A stretch of DNA of 63,537 nt, the filler included, from Octopus bimaculoides (Eukaryota), in NCBI RefSeq assembly GCF_001194135.2. It is 7 parts of 7 records of this genome, joined end to end, with 100 filler letters (N's around TTAATTAATTAA, not from the genome) between each part and the next. Parts side by side here need not be neighbours in the genome. Positions count along the whole stretch, not along the records: positions 1 to 13,870 come from NC_068984.1; positions 13,971 to 37,679 come from NC_068983.1; 5 more parts are not named here. One strand, 5' to 3'. The notes under the pieces were generated by a model. That model saw only the letters and a list, made by a program, of their open reading frames with translations, did no database searches and was not told the DNA's origin. Within the stretch, counting starts at the first letter, position 1; each line of letters opens with the position of its first letter. Of this stretch, positions 13,326 to 23,990 are shown piece by piece. A program made the position numbers and the translations under genes.

Positions 13326-13870
13326 GAAAGATAGAAAGAGGTTAGACAGAAAAAAAATTGTACTGACCACCAAACGGGAGGTAAAAAATGTTGTTTATCA
13401 TTCAGCTTTGCAATAAGTTCGACAAATTGTATCATTGTTTTAATGAAAATTGTTCATTTCTTGAAAAATATTGGTCAAGTCTAATAAAATTTAATATGTA
13501 CTCAATGCATGAAGTGTCATTGTTGGGCCCAAGGTCCAACGAGGAGCCCTCCACAGGAGCTAGTTTAAAAGCCGCCCTATCGAGCGGCTTTTAAGCTCGT
13601 GTATATATATATATATATATATATATGCTAACTTATACATGTATGTGTGTATGGTAACTTCAGAAATGTTTCCGCGCATAGCTTGTTGGCGATTTTTCCT
13701 TATTTTTTCTTCTTTCTCTTTGGACATCTCTGTTTCCGACGAAGAGCAATGCTCGAAGCGTTACCAACACTCTCCTTTCACCGAGCTTCAAATTAATATA
13801 ATTCTTGTGCACGCCTTCACGTTCATTTTTTTTCTTCTCTGTTAAGTAATTTTTTGTTCTTCAAATTGAT

Positions 13871-13970
13871 NNNNNNNNNNNNNNNNNNNNNNNNNNNNNN
13901 NNNNNNNNNNNNNNTTAATTAATTAANNNNNNNNNNNNNNNNNNNNNNNNNNNNNNNNNNNNNNNNNNNN
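13871..13970. other. Artificial scaffold linker 44N-TTAATTAATTAA-44N (also at 37680-37779, 52203-52302, 56679-56778, 59674-59773, 62188-62287)
   Basis: The same 100-nt block occurs six times; TTAATTAATTAA puts a stop codon in all six frames. Confidence 0.9.
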
Positions 13971-14275
13971 GTAACTCGAATGTGGAATCTAAAAACAGAA
14001 ACAATTCCTATCATAGTAGGTACCTTAGGTATAATAAAAAAATATTCAGACAAATACATAACAAAAACACCAGGAATTACAACTATATATAACGTACAGA
14101 AAATTGCACTACTGGGCACTGCACACATCCTACGCAAAACACTTTCAATACATTAACCATAAGAGCATCACAGCAAACCACAGCACATACCCAAGGCACA
14201 CAGAGCTGCGCTCGGTAGTGAAGTGAAAGCACGTTATAAAAATAAAACTACTGAACAATAATAATAATAATAATA
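13971..14275 (+). mobile_element. R4/Dong-clade non-LTR retrotransposon 3' end (restriction-like endonuclease C-terminus, 3'UTR, (AAT)n tail)
   Basis: 13971-14156 translates VTRMWNLKTETIPIIVGTLGIIKK..VQKIALLGTAHILRKTLSIH*, the IPVVIGALG..QKAALLGTAHILRK pattern. (AAT)n from ~14258. Confidence 0.85.
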
Positions 14276-14292
14276 GTAACAATATAATAATT

Positions 14293-14420
14293 TTTTCTAC
14301 TATAGATACAAGACCTCAAATTTTGAGAGATGAGGAAAGTCGATCACATCGACTCCAGTACTTGATTGGTACTAAATTTATTGACTCCGACAGGATGAAA
14401 AGCAAAGTCGACCTCGGCGA
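14293..14420 (-). mobile_element. SINE family A fragment
   Basis: TTTCTACTATAGATACAAGACC..GGTACTAAATTTATTGAC..GGATGAAAAGCAAAGTCGACCTCGGCGGA. Confidence 0.75.
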
Positions 14421-14712
14421 ATAGCAATAACAACAACAATTACTTCATTGGCCACTCGACCGGAATACGTTAAGGACAATCAGTAAAGAAAGACAGAAGA
14501 TTTCTTTAACATCGAGAAAAATTATTTCTTGGTCTCGAGAGGTCATAAGGAGTCGCACTTCGACGGGGACCCCAGTCAACTACGCCACCAAAATGTTATG
14601 TTGGAGATAATCACCTGTTAGAACTACAATATCACAGTTGCCAGGAGCCAGAGATCGAGTTAACTTATTTCCTTTTATTTTGGTTATTTACAACTATTAA
14701 CTGAGTAATTTG

Positions 14713-15346
14713 GGATCTATTTTAAAACAGGGGCGCCGGTATTTTCTTAAAGAAACACTAACGAAACACTTTGAAACTTGGGACACTGGTAGAATGGGTC
14801 ATATAAAACATCTTTACTCTTAGTCTTCTTACCAAAAAAAAGGAATTCGCAAGTTATTCCATGTTAAAGTTGTCGTATTTCTGTAATTTCAACCAATCAC
14901 TGACGTCTATTCAGCTCAATAGAGTTACTGCTGCCCGGTCATAAAAATGTTATTCCCTGTGACATATTTCATCCGGTTTAATTGTAATTTATACGCATAT
15001 ATTGTTTATATAATAAATTACGCTGTGCGTATCTATGTGTGTAACAATTTTAGAGTTGGGATTCTAGAGTTAGGGTTAGTTTTAGGGTTAGGGTTACGGT
15101 TACGGTTAACAGTCTAGTTAGGGTTAGGGTTAGGGTTAGGGGATTAATACGATATACACCGTTACAGCGCTAACTGTTTTCATCTGAATAGACGTCAGTG
15201 ATTAGTAGAAATTATCGAAATAAGACAATTTTTTTACATGAAATAAATTCGAATACAAAAGTATACGAAGTTTGAAAGTCTTTCCGTACCAAAAACACTA
15301 CATAAAACATAAATGAAAACTGGCGCCCCCGTTTTAAAATAGATCC
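14713..15346. mobile_element. 634-bp Merlin-like MITE containing a TTAGGG array
   Basis: 28-bp TIRs, 26/28 identical (GGATCTATTTTAAAAC(A/G)GGGGCGCC(G/A)GT). Perfect 8-bp TSD GTAATTTG (14705-14712, 15347-15354). Seven exact TTAGGG at 15070-15141. Superfamily assignment rests on GG termini plus 8-bp TSD. Confidence 0.85.
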
Positions 15347-15689
15347 GTAATTTGTCTAAATGAATAGAGTAAATTTAAAATTTGTAGCCAAGTATCTTCC
15401 CACTCTAAGTGCACATCATTTATAAGTCTTAAATTGTTATTCGATGTTTTACATCTTACGCTAATTTAAACTACAATCAGACCTACAAAAATAACTGACT
15501 ATATGTTTTATTTCTAAGATTGCTGCAACAGAATTTGCGTTGCTCAAAAGTAGCTGATAGCATACCAATTTCAGAAAAACTTGACTACATACCTTGATTA
15601 GTCATTTCCTCAAAAATGTCTTGCCTTTTCAAATGTTACATGTTATTCCATTGCGTATTATTGTTATTGCCATCAATACAACCATTTCG

Positions 15690-15800
15690 TACGTCTTCAC
15701 GTTCTGAGTTCAAATTCCACCAAAGTTGACCTAGCTGTTTAATCCTTTCGAGTCGTTAAATTAAGTACCAGCTGGATACTGGGGTTGATGTAATCAACAA
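15690..15800 (+). mobile_element. SINE family A fragment, followed by ATT repeats
   Basis: CACGTTCTGAGTTCAAATTCC..AATCCTTTCGAGTCGTTAAATTAAGTACCAG..TGGGGTTGATGTAATC. Confidence 0.7.
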
Positions 15801-15930
15801 ATGCGGAAGAGCGGAGGCATCGTATTACTATTATTATTATTATTATATGTTTGACTTTTGTTTTGCATTTGTACAAGTTGTATCCAAGTCTCACCCAGAG
15901 ACCTCAAGAGACAACAAGTTAGAAGTTCAT

Positions 15931-15971
<41 letters not shown>

Positions 15972-16864
15972 GCCATATTATACATTATATTAGATTATAC
16001 TATATTATGTTATTAATATTATACACTACCTATACCCATCATCTCCAGATCCCTGAAATTCTCTTCCAGTAAACATTGACTTTCAAATATTCAAATTGAA
16101 CTGTACCGCTGAAATCTAAACAGGATGTATAAGTCTTGGGCGCTGTACCTCCGTCTTTCTTTCTAAACCGCAAAGAAATTACTGCACGTATAATACGAAC
16201 TGTTTCACTTCCATTTCCTTTTTTCATTTTCCGATTCTATTTCTTAAAGCCTGAAAGCTTTCTCTGATCAGACGATAGATATTGAGACAAATTAATATCG
16301 ATGAATAACAAAAGAAGGATCAATGTGTCCCAAGAGGATAATGGTTAATCTTGAGTTTAAGCTAGGTTTGTTAAATTAGCATAACACGACAACATAAGTA
16401 ATTAGATTTCACTTCCTAAATGGAGATAGAGCTTCTAGTATATCATTCTCCAATTTAGTTTGGCTGCGAGATGTCTTGATTAATATCTCTAACCATAATT
16501 TACTTTCGGCTTCCAGAAAAGCAGCTATGAAATTAATGGTTGTTCAACTTTCTGCTTCGTGCAAACTATTAAGAAATTTATTTGGAGAACTTTATTAAAC
16601 GAAATAGAGTTAGACACAACAGTTGACTCAGTCTCGTTTATATGAACATGTTCAGTAAGAAATTCACATGTACGCAGATGGATGGATAAATACGTACTTA
16701 GAAAGGTAGAAATTGGGTAGATAGGCACGTACTTAGGTCGGTCGTTAAGTAGGTAGATAAAAAAGCCAGTAGAGAAATACACAGAATGACAAGTAGATGA
16801 ATGATAGAATAAATAGACAGATGACAGAGAAACAGACGGATGGACAAATAGAGACAGCCAACTA

Positions 16865-16904
16865 ACTAGCTAGCTAGTTAGCTGTCTCTAGCTAGCTAGC
16901 TAGC

Positions 16905-16944
<40 letters not shown>

Positions 16945-17012
16945 TAGACAGACAGACAGACAGACAGACAGTCAGACAGACAGACAGACAGGTAGAGAGG
17001 CAGGTAGACATG

Positions 17013-17060
<48 letters not shown>

Positions 17061-17074
17061 GAGATAGATAGATA
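16865..17074. repeat. Compound (CTAG)n(GACA)n(GATA)n microsatellite
   Basis: Read directly. Confidence 0.9.
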
Positions 17075-18143
17075 TGTTTATTAGCCACAGAGGGCTGAAC
17101 ACAGAGGGGACAAGTTACAAAGTACAGTTTTCTTTTTGGGAAGGAGAAGGAATGAAGGAAAAAAAGGGGGTAGATTTTCGATCAACAGGGATCGTAAAGA
17201 AAATACGTTCAATAGGGATCGTGTATCACAGAAATATCATAGTGTAAAGTGTAAAGGGCTAAGCAGATTAGATTTATCCGTGATGAGAAAAGCCTACAGA
17301 AAAGATCACGGTAACCTTGACCAATAATGTCATGCAGAAAAACACATTACAATAAGTGAGTCTCTTTTTACCTTTTGTTTCTGGTTCATAGGGTTATGCT
17401 CAAGGTGGCTCCGTAATTCACACGTGCCATCCTTACTACATTCACCCATCTTTTCTTGAAGCATTTAGTAGACAGAGAACTTTCCTCTCTACTCTTACTT
17501 TCCTCTTTAAGTGATACTTGAAGAAATTGTTGAGAGATTCACCAGAGAGGAAAGTGCTTGTCTCTAGACCTTTCAGACGCGTCCACCATACACATTCTTT
17601 CGCCATTCCCACAAGTACGATGAAAATGGCTCTTCCTTCCCGTTTCAAGGAAGAAGGCGTGACAATATTCATGATAGACTCAGCTGATAAACTGACTCGT
17701 CCCACACGGGACAGCAGTCGTTTGACATATGACCACAGGTCGGAACTGGTTGGATACTGTACGAGTGCGTACAGAACGATTTCGTCGCTCTGTCCGCATC
17801 TCGGGTAGGTAGGCCCCGTGTTTCACGAGCCATGCCTGTAGAGCTTATCCCGAACGGGTTGCGCTTCCCGATAGCACTGCCAGGCCAGAGATCTCTGGAC
17901 GTTGTCCATAGGTTCCGACCCGAAAGTCGTCTTTAACAGGCGGGTCAGGTATTCCTCGTCGTCGCCCGGGTACCTCCCCCCCCACTAATCCCCTATAGAA
18001 TGCTATGGTTGTGTTGCAGTCGCTCAAGGTCGACCCAGGACGGCATAGTTGCTCGAGAGCAACGTGACACTCGAGGTGCCATACGCCCTTCCTCGGCCTC
18101 TTATTAATCCACGACTGTTGTTCGGTCATGGAGACGAGTTGTG
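17075..18143 (-). mobile_element. 5'-truncated L1/Tx1-type LINE 3' end (ORF2 C-terminal zinc-finger region and 3'UTR)
   Basis: Minus-strand translation SLAWQCYREAQPVRDKLYRHGS*NTGPTYPRCGQSDEIVLYALVQYP..LWSYVKRLLSRVGRVSLS..KECVWWTRLK resembles the degenerate CCHC/zf-RVT region of L1/Tx1 ORF2. Ends GTGGCTAATAAACA; (GATA)n on both sides. Confidence 0.8.

Positions 18144-18211
<68 letters not shown>
18144..18211. repeat. (GATA)n microsatellite
   Basis: Read directly. Confidence 0.95.
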
Positions 18212-20150
18212 TGTGATAACCGGGTTTAAAATCAGGTTTCGATTAACGAGAATCTAGGCACCAGCCTAAGGATAAAACATTCTATCTCAGAAGATCGGAG
18301 AACCACAAGTCCTTAACAATTTGTCACGATGTACAATACTTTCTGTAGTTTGCACACTCAAGGTCGAACTGAAACACAAGCCTACCCAATCCTACCACAT
18401 GCGGTAAAAGCTTGGAATTAAACGATCGGGAGCAGCGGTTTCGTCTCCACATGCTTAAACACGAGTTTTGGTGCCACATCTGTTTTGGTGGTTGCTATTT
18501 GGCAGACTATTGATTTTGGCGTCGGAAACAAACACACACACACACAAACATGCGCATATAGAATGAATGAGAAAGAAAGACAGAGAGAGTGTGTGAGAGA
18601 GGCATAGAAACACACATATACACAGAGAAGAATTGAGCGAGGAATCACGAGAAAGAATGAAATATTAAAATGTGCCAAATCTCTGCCGATTCACACAAAT
18701 CACCGATAAACAGAGATATATTAAATCCATTCTTGATATTTTTACTATTCGAAGTAAATGAAAAAAACATCCTTTCACTTGAACACCTGGTATTTATTCC
18801 TTCATAGAACTGTATTCAACTTTTTCAGTTTCGCAGCCAATTTAAATAGGTAACAAATTGATTTCATTCTCTCTCTTCTGGGACATTCTTACCTACATGA
18901 TACGTTGCCTGTTAGACAAAATAGCTAATATTATTAAGTGATCTTCTATCTGTTTATTGTAAAAAAAACACAAATCTGGGAAAGGAGCCTGAATGCAATA
19001 TTAAATGTGGTTAGCGATATTTTAGTGTTACTGATTCAGAAATGTTGATTGAGAGTAGAAACTGGTATCGACTGGCATATCGCCGTGACAATTTTGTGCA
19101 TATTCTAGATAATAATTCAACTTCTAGAATTCACCACTACCAAACTACACAACAAAACTTCATCTACATTTTTCTCAGGTCTAGTTACATTTAATGGCAG
19201 ATAAAGTATTGAAGAATCGTGGAAAAAAAATAATGAAATAGTGCATCAATCCGTGTGTCTTCGGCAAAATTAGCAGATAGTGCTTTCACCTTATGACTAC
19301 TGGAATTAAGATAAGTCAGTGTAAATTTCGACAATCATTCTAAAGCTGCAAATGTTGTAACAATACTGAATAGCAAATTGCATAAGGCTTCTGCTGCTCC
19401 ACTTAAAATTGTATTTTTCAAGCGGCTTTTTTAAAAGCGAGGAAGATGAGGCTCTTGTGTCGCTGACTGCAAAAGTAATTGAATATTTGACAGAAATGTT
19501 TCAAGTCACCATTCCAGATATATCTGCTCTGAGAGAAACGCGTAAAAAGCAGGATGTAGTGAACAACGTTCCCTATAGGAATCAATTTTGCATGAAAGCA
19601 ACAACGTAAATTTAACTTGAACTACTGTGTATAATCTTTATTACTATATGATCGTGAAAGATGCCGATCAGATCCTCGTTTTATTCGTCGTCGTTGTGAT
19701 TAAAAGAGTGGAATTGCCGATTCGAAGCTTATGAAGAAACAAACAAACGAACGACCAAAGATATTGGAAGTCATACATTTTGGAACTATTAATTATAACC
19801 ACTCATATGAGTATACATTTGCCTCTGCAACAAATTTCCATTAGCTTTTAAATGTAAATTTATTTCTGAAACTAGATTTGAAATAGCTGCACAAAATATA
19901 ATTTGTAGCTAAAAGTTAACTTTCTATTTTGTAAGAAAACTTTTTGATACAGTTAGTTTCACTAATGTCGAAGATAATTAATGATACCTTACATAAAATA
20001 TTTTGGAGATTCAAAATTTAATGACTCTTTTGTGATCTAGAAGAAATATATTTCTTCGATCAGTCCTGTCTAAATAATTTTTTTGGGAAATTAGGCATTT
20101 TGGCACAATACTTCAGTCACTGAATATTGCGACGTTTTGAGTAATATAAA

Positions 20151-20310
20151 AGGTTGCGAGTGAGCAGAATCGTTAGCGTCAGGGAAAGTGCTTAACGCCA
20201 TTTGTTCTGACTCTCTCGGTTCTGAATTCAAATACAACAGGTCACATCTTTGTAGTCTAGTAAAGGTGACGACATAATCAACTGAGCATCTTCTCAAATA
20301 TCGCTAGCAT
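20151..20310 (+). mobile_element. SINE family A, degenerate copy
   Basis: AGGTTGCGAGTGAGCAGAATCGTTAGCGTCAGGGAAAGTGCTTAACG..TTCTGAATTCAAAT. Confidence 0.6.
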
Positions 20311-21401
20311 TGCTCCTAAATTTGAAGTCAATCTTTTCGTTAAAAAATATAAAATGCAGGAAACATTAAGAAGTGGGTATATCGCGAATGGTATCTGTCG
20401 TAGCGCTCATACGGTGAGTTTAATTCCTGCCATGATAGAATTTGACCAATCGATAAGCCCCGCTTTCCCGGGTACGTCAGCTAGTTATGCATATACATGA
20501 TATATAGATACGATAATATCGAACAGTGAGAATAGGTGCTAAACACTGCATTGATGGGAAAATATTTTTTATTTGTCGGTTAAAAAGGCTACCATTGATT
20601 TCACACCGTGACAATTCTCTGAATAATTATCAAGCTAAGCATTTTGTCCGGTGTGTTAATGATTTTGCCAGCTCGCCGCCTTATATCAGCTGACAAATAT
20701 TAATAGCATTAACGATGATATATGATAATATTAAAATAGGATTTACATATACTAACTCTCTAACGTCAGGTTCATTCATAATTTGCTCATTAATAATTTC
20801 ATTATATACAGCGCTAAGATACCTACATATACTTATTGGGGTATTTGTAACTGACTTTATCCTAAATTAACTTGCAAATAATAATGTCATAAATAACGAT
20901 TTAATTTTACAATTCAGTTTAAATAATTCCTTTTCAGTATTATTACATTCGCATTACTTACGTTGCAAATGAGAACTTCATCAATTATTTATATCTTTAT
21001 TGATCATTTATTCAAATTTATTCTCATTTATATGACTGATCATATGTCAACTATTTTCTAACATTTTCTAAGAATTAGTAATTATTCATCAGAATTTCAA
21101 TATTCACTTCGTGGCATCATGCGGATAGTTCGTATTAATAATTTATCATATTTAATGATTTTCTAACGTGTTTTAATATGCATTTACCACTTTCTTCATT
21201 CCTATAATTGTCAACAAGGCCTGCTTTATTTATGCAGTTGAGTTATGGTCTATGCTGTTTCAGTCTCTAATTACGATATACCTGTGTATTTAAAGACATA
21301 AACGATCGTGTATTTAGACGCGTTCGTGTATCCATCTTTAAAGATATTACGGCTCTTCCTATTTACAAATTTGTGAATTTCGTAGTGTGTATGTGTGTGT
21401 G

Positions 21402-21403
<2 letters not shown>

Positions 21404-21471
<68 letters not shown>
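21404..21471. repeat. (TC)n microsatellite
   Basis: Read directly. Confidence 0.95.
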
Positions 21472-21476
<5 letters not shown>

Positions 21477-21669
21477 GCGCGCACTGTCACACACATGCAT
21501 CCCATCAGGACTGAGCTGATTTTGATTAGTAATTCAGCACTACCACATATGAGCTAATTAGCAGTAGATCTTTCCACATTAATTAGTTATACGATGTCCA
21601 CAAATGTACTGCTGGTCCACCCTATATTATATTAATAAGTAAACTATTTTATTAACGTGGACTTTAGTG

Positions 21670-21890
21670 CAATAATCCTTTCCACTGTAGGTACTGTGCT
21701 TTAAATATTTTGTGAAACGGGAATATCCATTACATCAATGGCAGTACTTGAATGGTACTTGTTTTTTAGACCCCGTAAGGGATGAAAGCTAAAATCGACC
21801 ACAACAGCATTTGAGCTCAGAACGTAAGTTAGAGGAAATGCCCCTACTCTTTTTTATCCGGCGTACCAGTGATTCTGCCAACTTACTTTA
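21670..21890 (-). mobile_element. SINE family A, degenerate copy
   Basis: AATCCTTTCCACTGTAGGTAC..GGGATGAAAGCTAAAATCGACC..GAGCTCAGAACGTAA..GATTCTGCCAAC. Confidence 0.7.
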
Positions 21891-22699
21891 GTAGACAAAT
21901 ACTACCAGTTAATTCTAAAAATGCTGCCTACCACCTAGTTAGGTACATTTACGTTTTCACATTTACTAATTTTAATTAATTTCACTATTCCCTTTCTTTT
22001 AGCGTTTTGCTTCCATTAACACAAGGATTTATGCTCATTCTGGTGAAGAGGGAAATGTCTTTTTCCAATTTGAAAACTGAAGAAACTGTTGTAAAGCGGT
22101 CTTTTACCACTTTTGTATCTGTCTTTTGACGACGCTTGTCGCGGACAGATATTGTTATATTCCGAAGTCATCGATAGAATGTTTCTATCTGGTACTCTAC
22201 GACCCCCAGTCGTACAGTGCTATTATCCCCAAAGGCTTCATCTATATAACGTCCACTCAGTATCACAGTATAATTGCTATATCGGCACAGACACGACTAT
22301 CAACACATTCTACACGTACTCCCGACCTTCCTAACCTTCTGTCTGTCGAACGGCTACTGGTCTATTTATAATGGCTTCTCTTACCACTTTTTACCGGGAT
22401 GGGGTGTACAGTTTCACTATACAACAGAACCACTAACATGAAACATCATCGATGAAGCCATTCCATCATCCTTTTGTCAGATTCTATGTAAATAAAAAGT
22501 TTTATATATTAAACTCTTATTAGAAAGATTTCTTCTTATTATCGTTTACTCACTTGAAAGTTCAAGACTTACTAATTCAGCATCAGAGCTCCCAAGCTCT
22601 GAGAAACTTTGTGCATTAGTATCTCTTGGGTGCTACAGGTTTGAGCAAAGTAATTTCCCTTTAAAAAATTAGTGTCCAGGAAATAATAGGACTATTTGG

Positions 22700-22880
22700 A
22701 TGATGGATTGTCAGAATTATCAGAGTCGAACAAAATGCTCTGCAGTTTTTTCCCGACTCTTTACATTCTGAGTCCAAATTCCGCTGATGACAACTTTGCA
22801 TGTCATTCCTCCGGCTCAATAAAGTACAGTAATAGTCAAGTACTGGCGTTGATGTAATCGACTAACCCACTTCCGCTAAA
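22700..22880 (+). mobile_element. SINE family A, degenerate copy
   Basis: TTTACATTCTGAGTCCAAATTCCGCTGATGACAACTTTGC..TGGCGTTGATGTAATCGACT. Confidence 0.55.
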
Positions 22881-23263
22881 GAATTTGAAACAGTATTTGA
22901 GATCATATACAAAACAATGTAACATTCTTTGGTTAATAAAAATCATCGTAACTGAGATGTGGCGGAAACGACTACAGGCAGTTGTTCCTTGATTAATTCT
23001 GCATCTATCTCACGTGTTTGAAAATGCGTGTAAGAACGAGCCCCTGATTCCCTATAAATTTTAACTAACAAGCATATATCTGGCGTTTTCCCGTTTTTAG
23101 GATTAAGCATCATTGTATATGCAAGCGTGCATCTCGACACACAGGCATATATATGTATATACATATCGATATATAAATATTCATACATGTATACATATAT
23201 ACATACAAGCTTGCATGTGCGTATCTGAATATGCAGGTGTGTGTATATATGTGTGTGTGTGTT

Positions 23264-23307
<44 letters not shown>

Positions 23308-23687
23308 NNNNNNNNNNNNNNNNNNNNNNNNNNNNNNNNNNNNNNNNNNNNNNNNNNNNNNNNNNNNNNNNNNNNNNNNNNNNNNNNNNNNNNNNNNNNN
23401 NNNNNNNNNNNNNNNNNNNNNNNNNNNNNNNNNNNNNNNNNNNNNNNNNNNNNNNNNNNNNNNNNNNNNNNNNNNNNNNNNNNNNNNNNNNNNNNNNNNN
23501 NNNNNNNNNNNNNNNNNNNNNNNNNNNNNNNNNNNNNNNNNNNNNNNNNNNNNNNNNNNNNNNNNNNNNNNNNNNNNNNNNNNNNNNNNNNNNNNNNNNN
23601 NNNNNNNNNNNNNNNNNNNNNNNNNNNNNNNNNNNNNNNNNNNNNNNNNNNNNNNNNNNNNNNNNNNNNNNNNNNNNNNNNNNNNNN

Positions 23688-23990
23688 NATTCTTTGTAAG
23701 CCTAGTACTTATTCTATCGGTCACTTTTTGCCGAACCGCTAGGTGACGGGGACATAAACACACCAGCATCAGTTGTCAAGCAATGCTAGGAGGACAAACA
23801 CAGACACACAAACACACACACACACATATATATACATATATACGACGGGCTTCTTTCAGTTTCCGTCTACCAAATCCACTCACAAGGCTTTGGTCGGCCC
23901 GAGGCTATAGTAGAAAACACTTGCACAAGGTGCCACGCAGTGGGACTGAACCCGGAACTATGTGGTTGGTAAGCAAGCTACTTACCACTA
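23688..23990 (-). mobile_element. SINE family B copy, well preserved
   Basis: GACGGGCTTCTTTCAGTTTCCGTCTACCAAATCCACTCACAAGGCTTTGGTCGGCCCGAGGCTATAGTAGAA..CAAGGTGCCACGCAGTGGGACTGAACCCGGAAC. Confidence 0.9.

Noticed and set aside
13871-13970. Palindromic TTAATTAATTAA recurring six times between N-runs
   Set aside because: Always exactly 44N+12+44N; a six-frame-stop scaffolding linker, not biology.
15070-15141. TTAGGG arrays as a true telomere or fusion scar
   Set aside because: Short, degenerate and enclosed by TIRs and TSDs; explained as transposon cargo.
19409-19609. ORF containing GFFK, reminiscent of the integrin-alpha GFFKR tail
   Set aside because: No preceding TM segment, the R is missing, and there is no other support.
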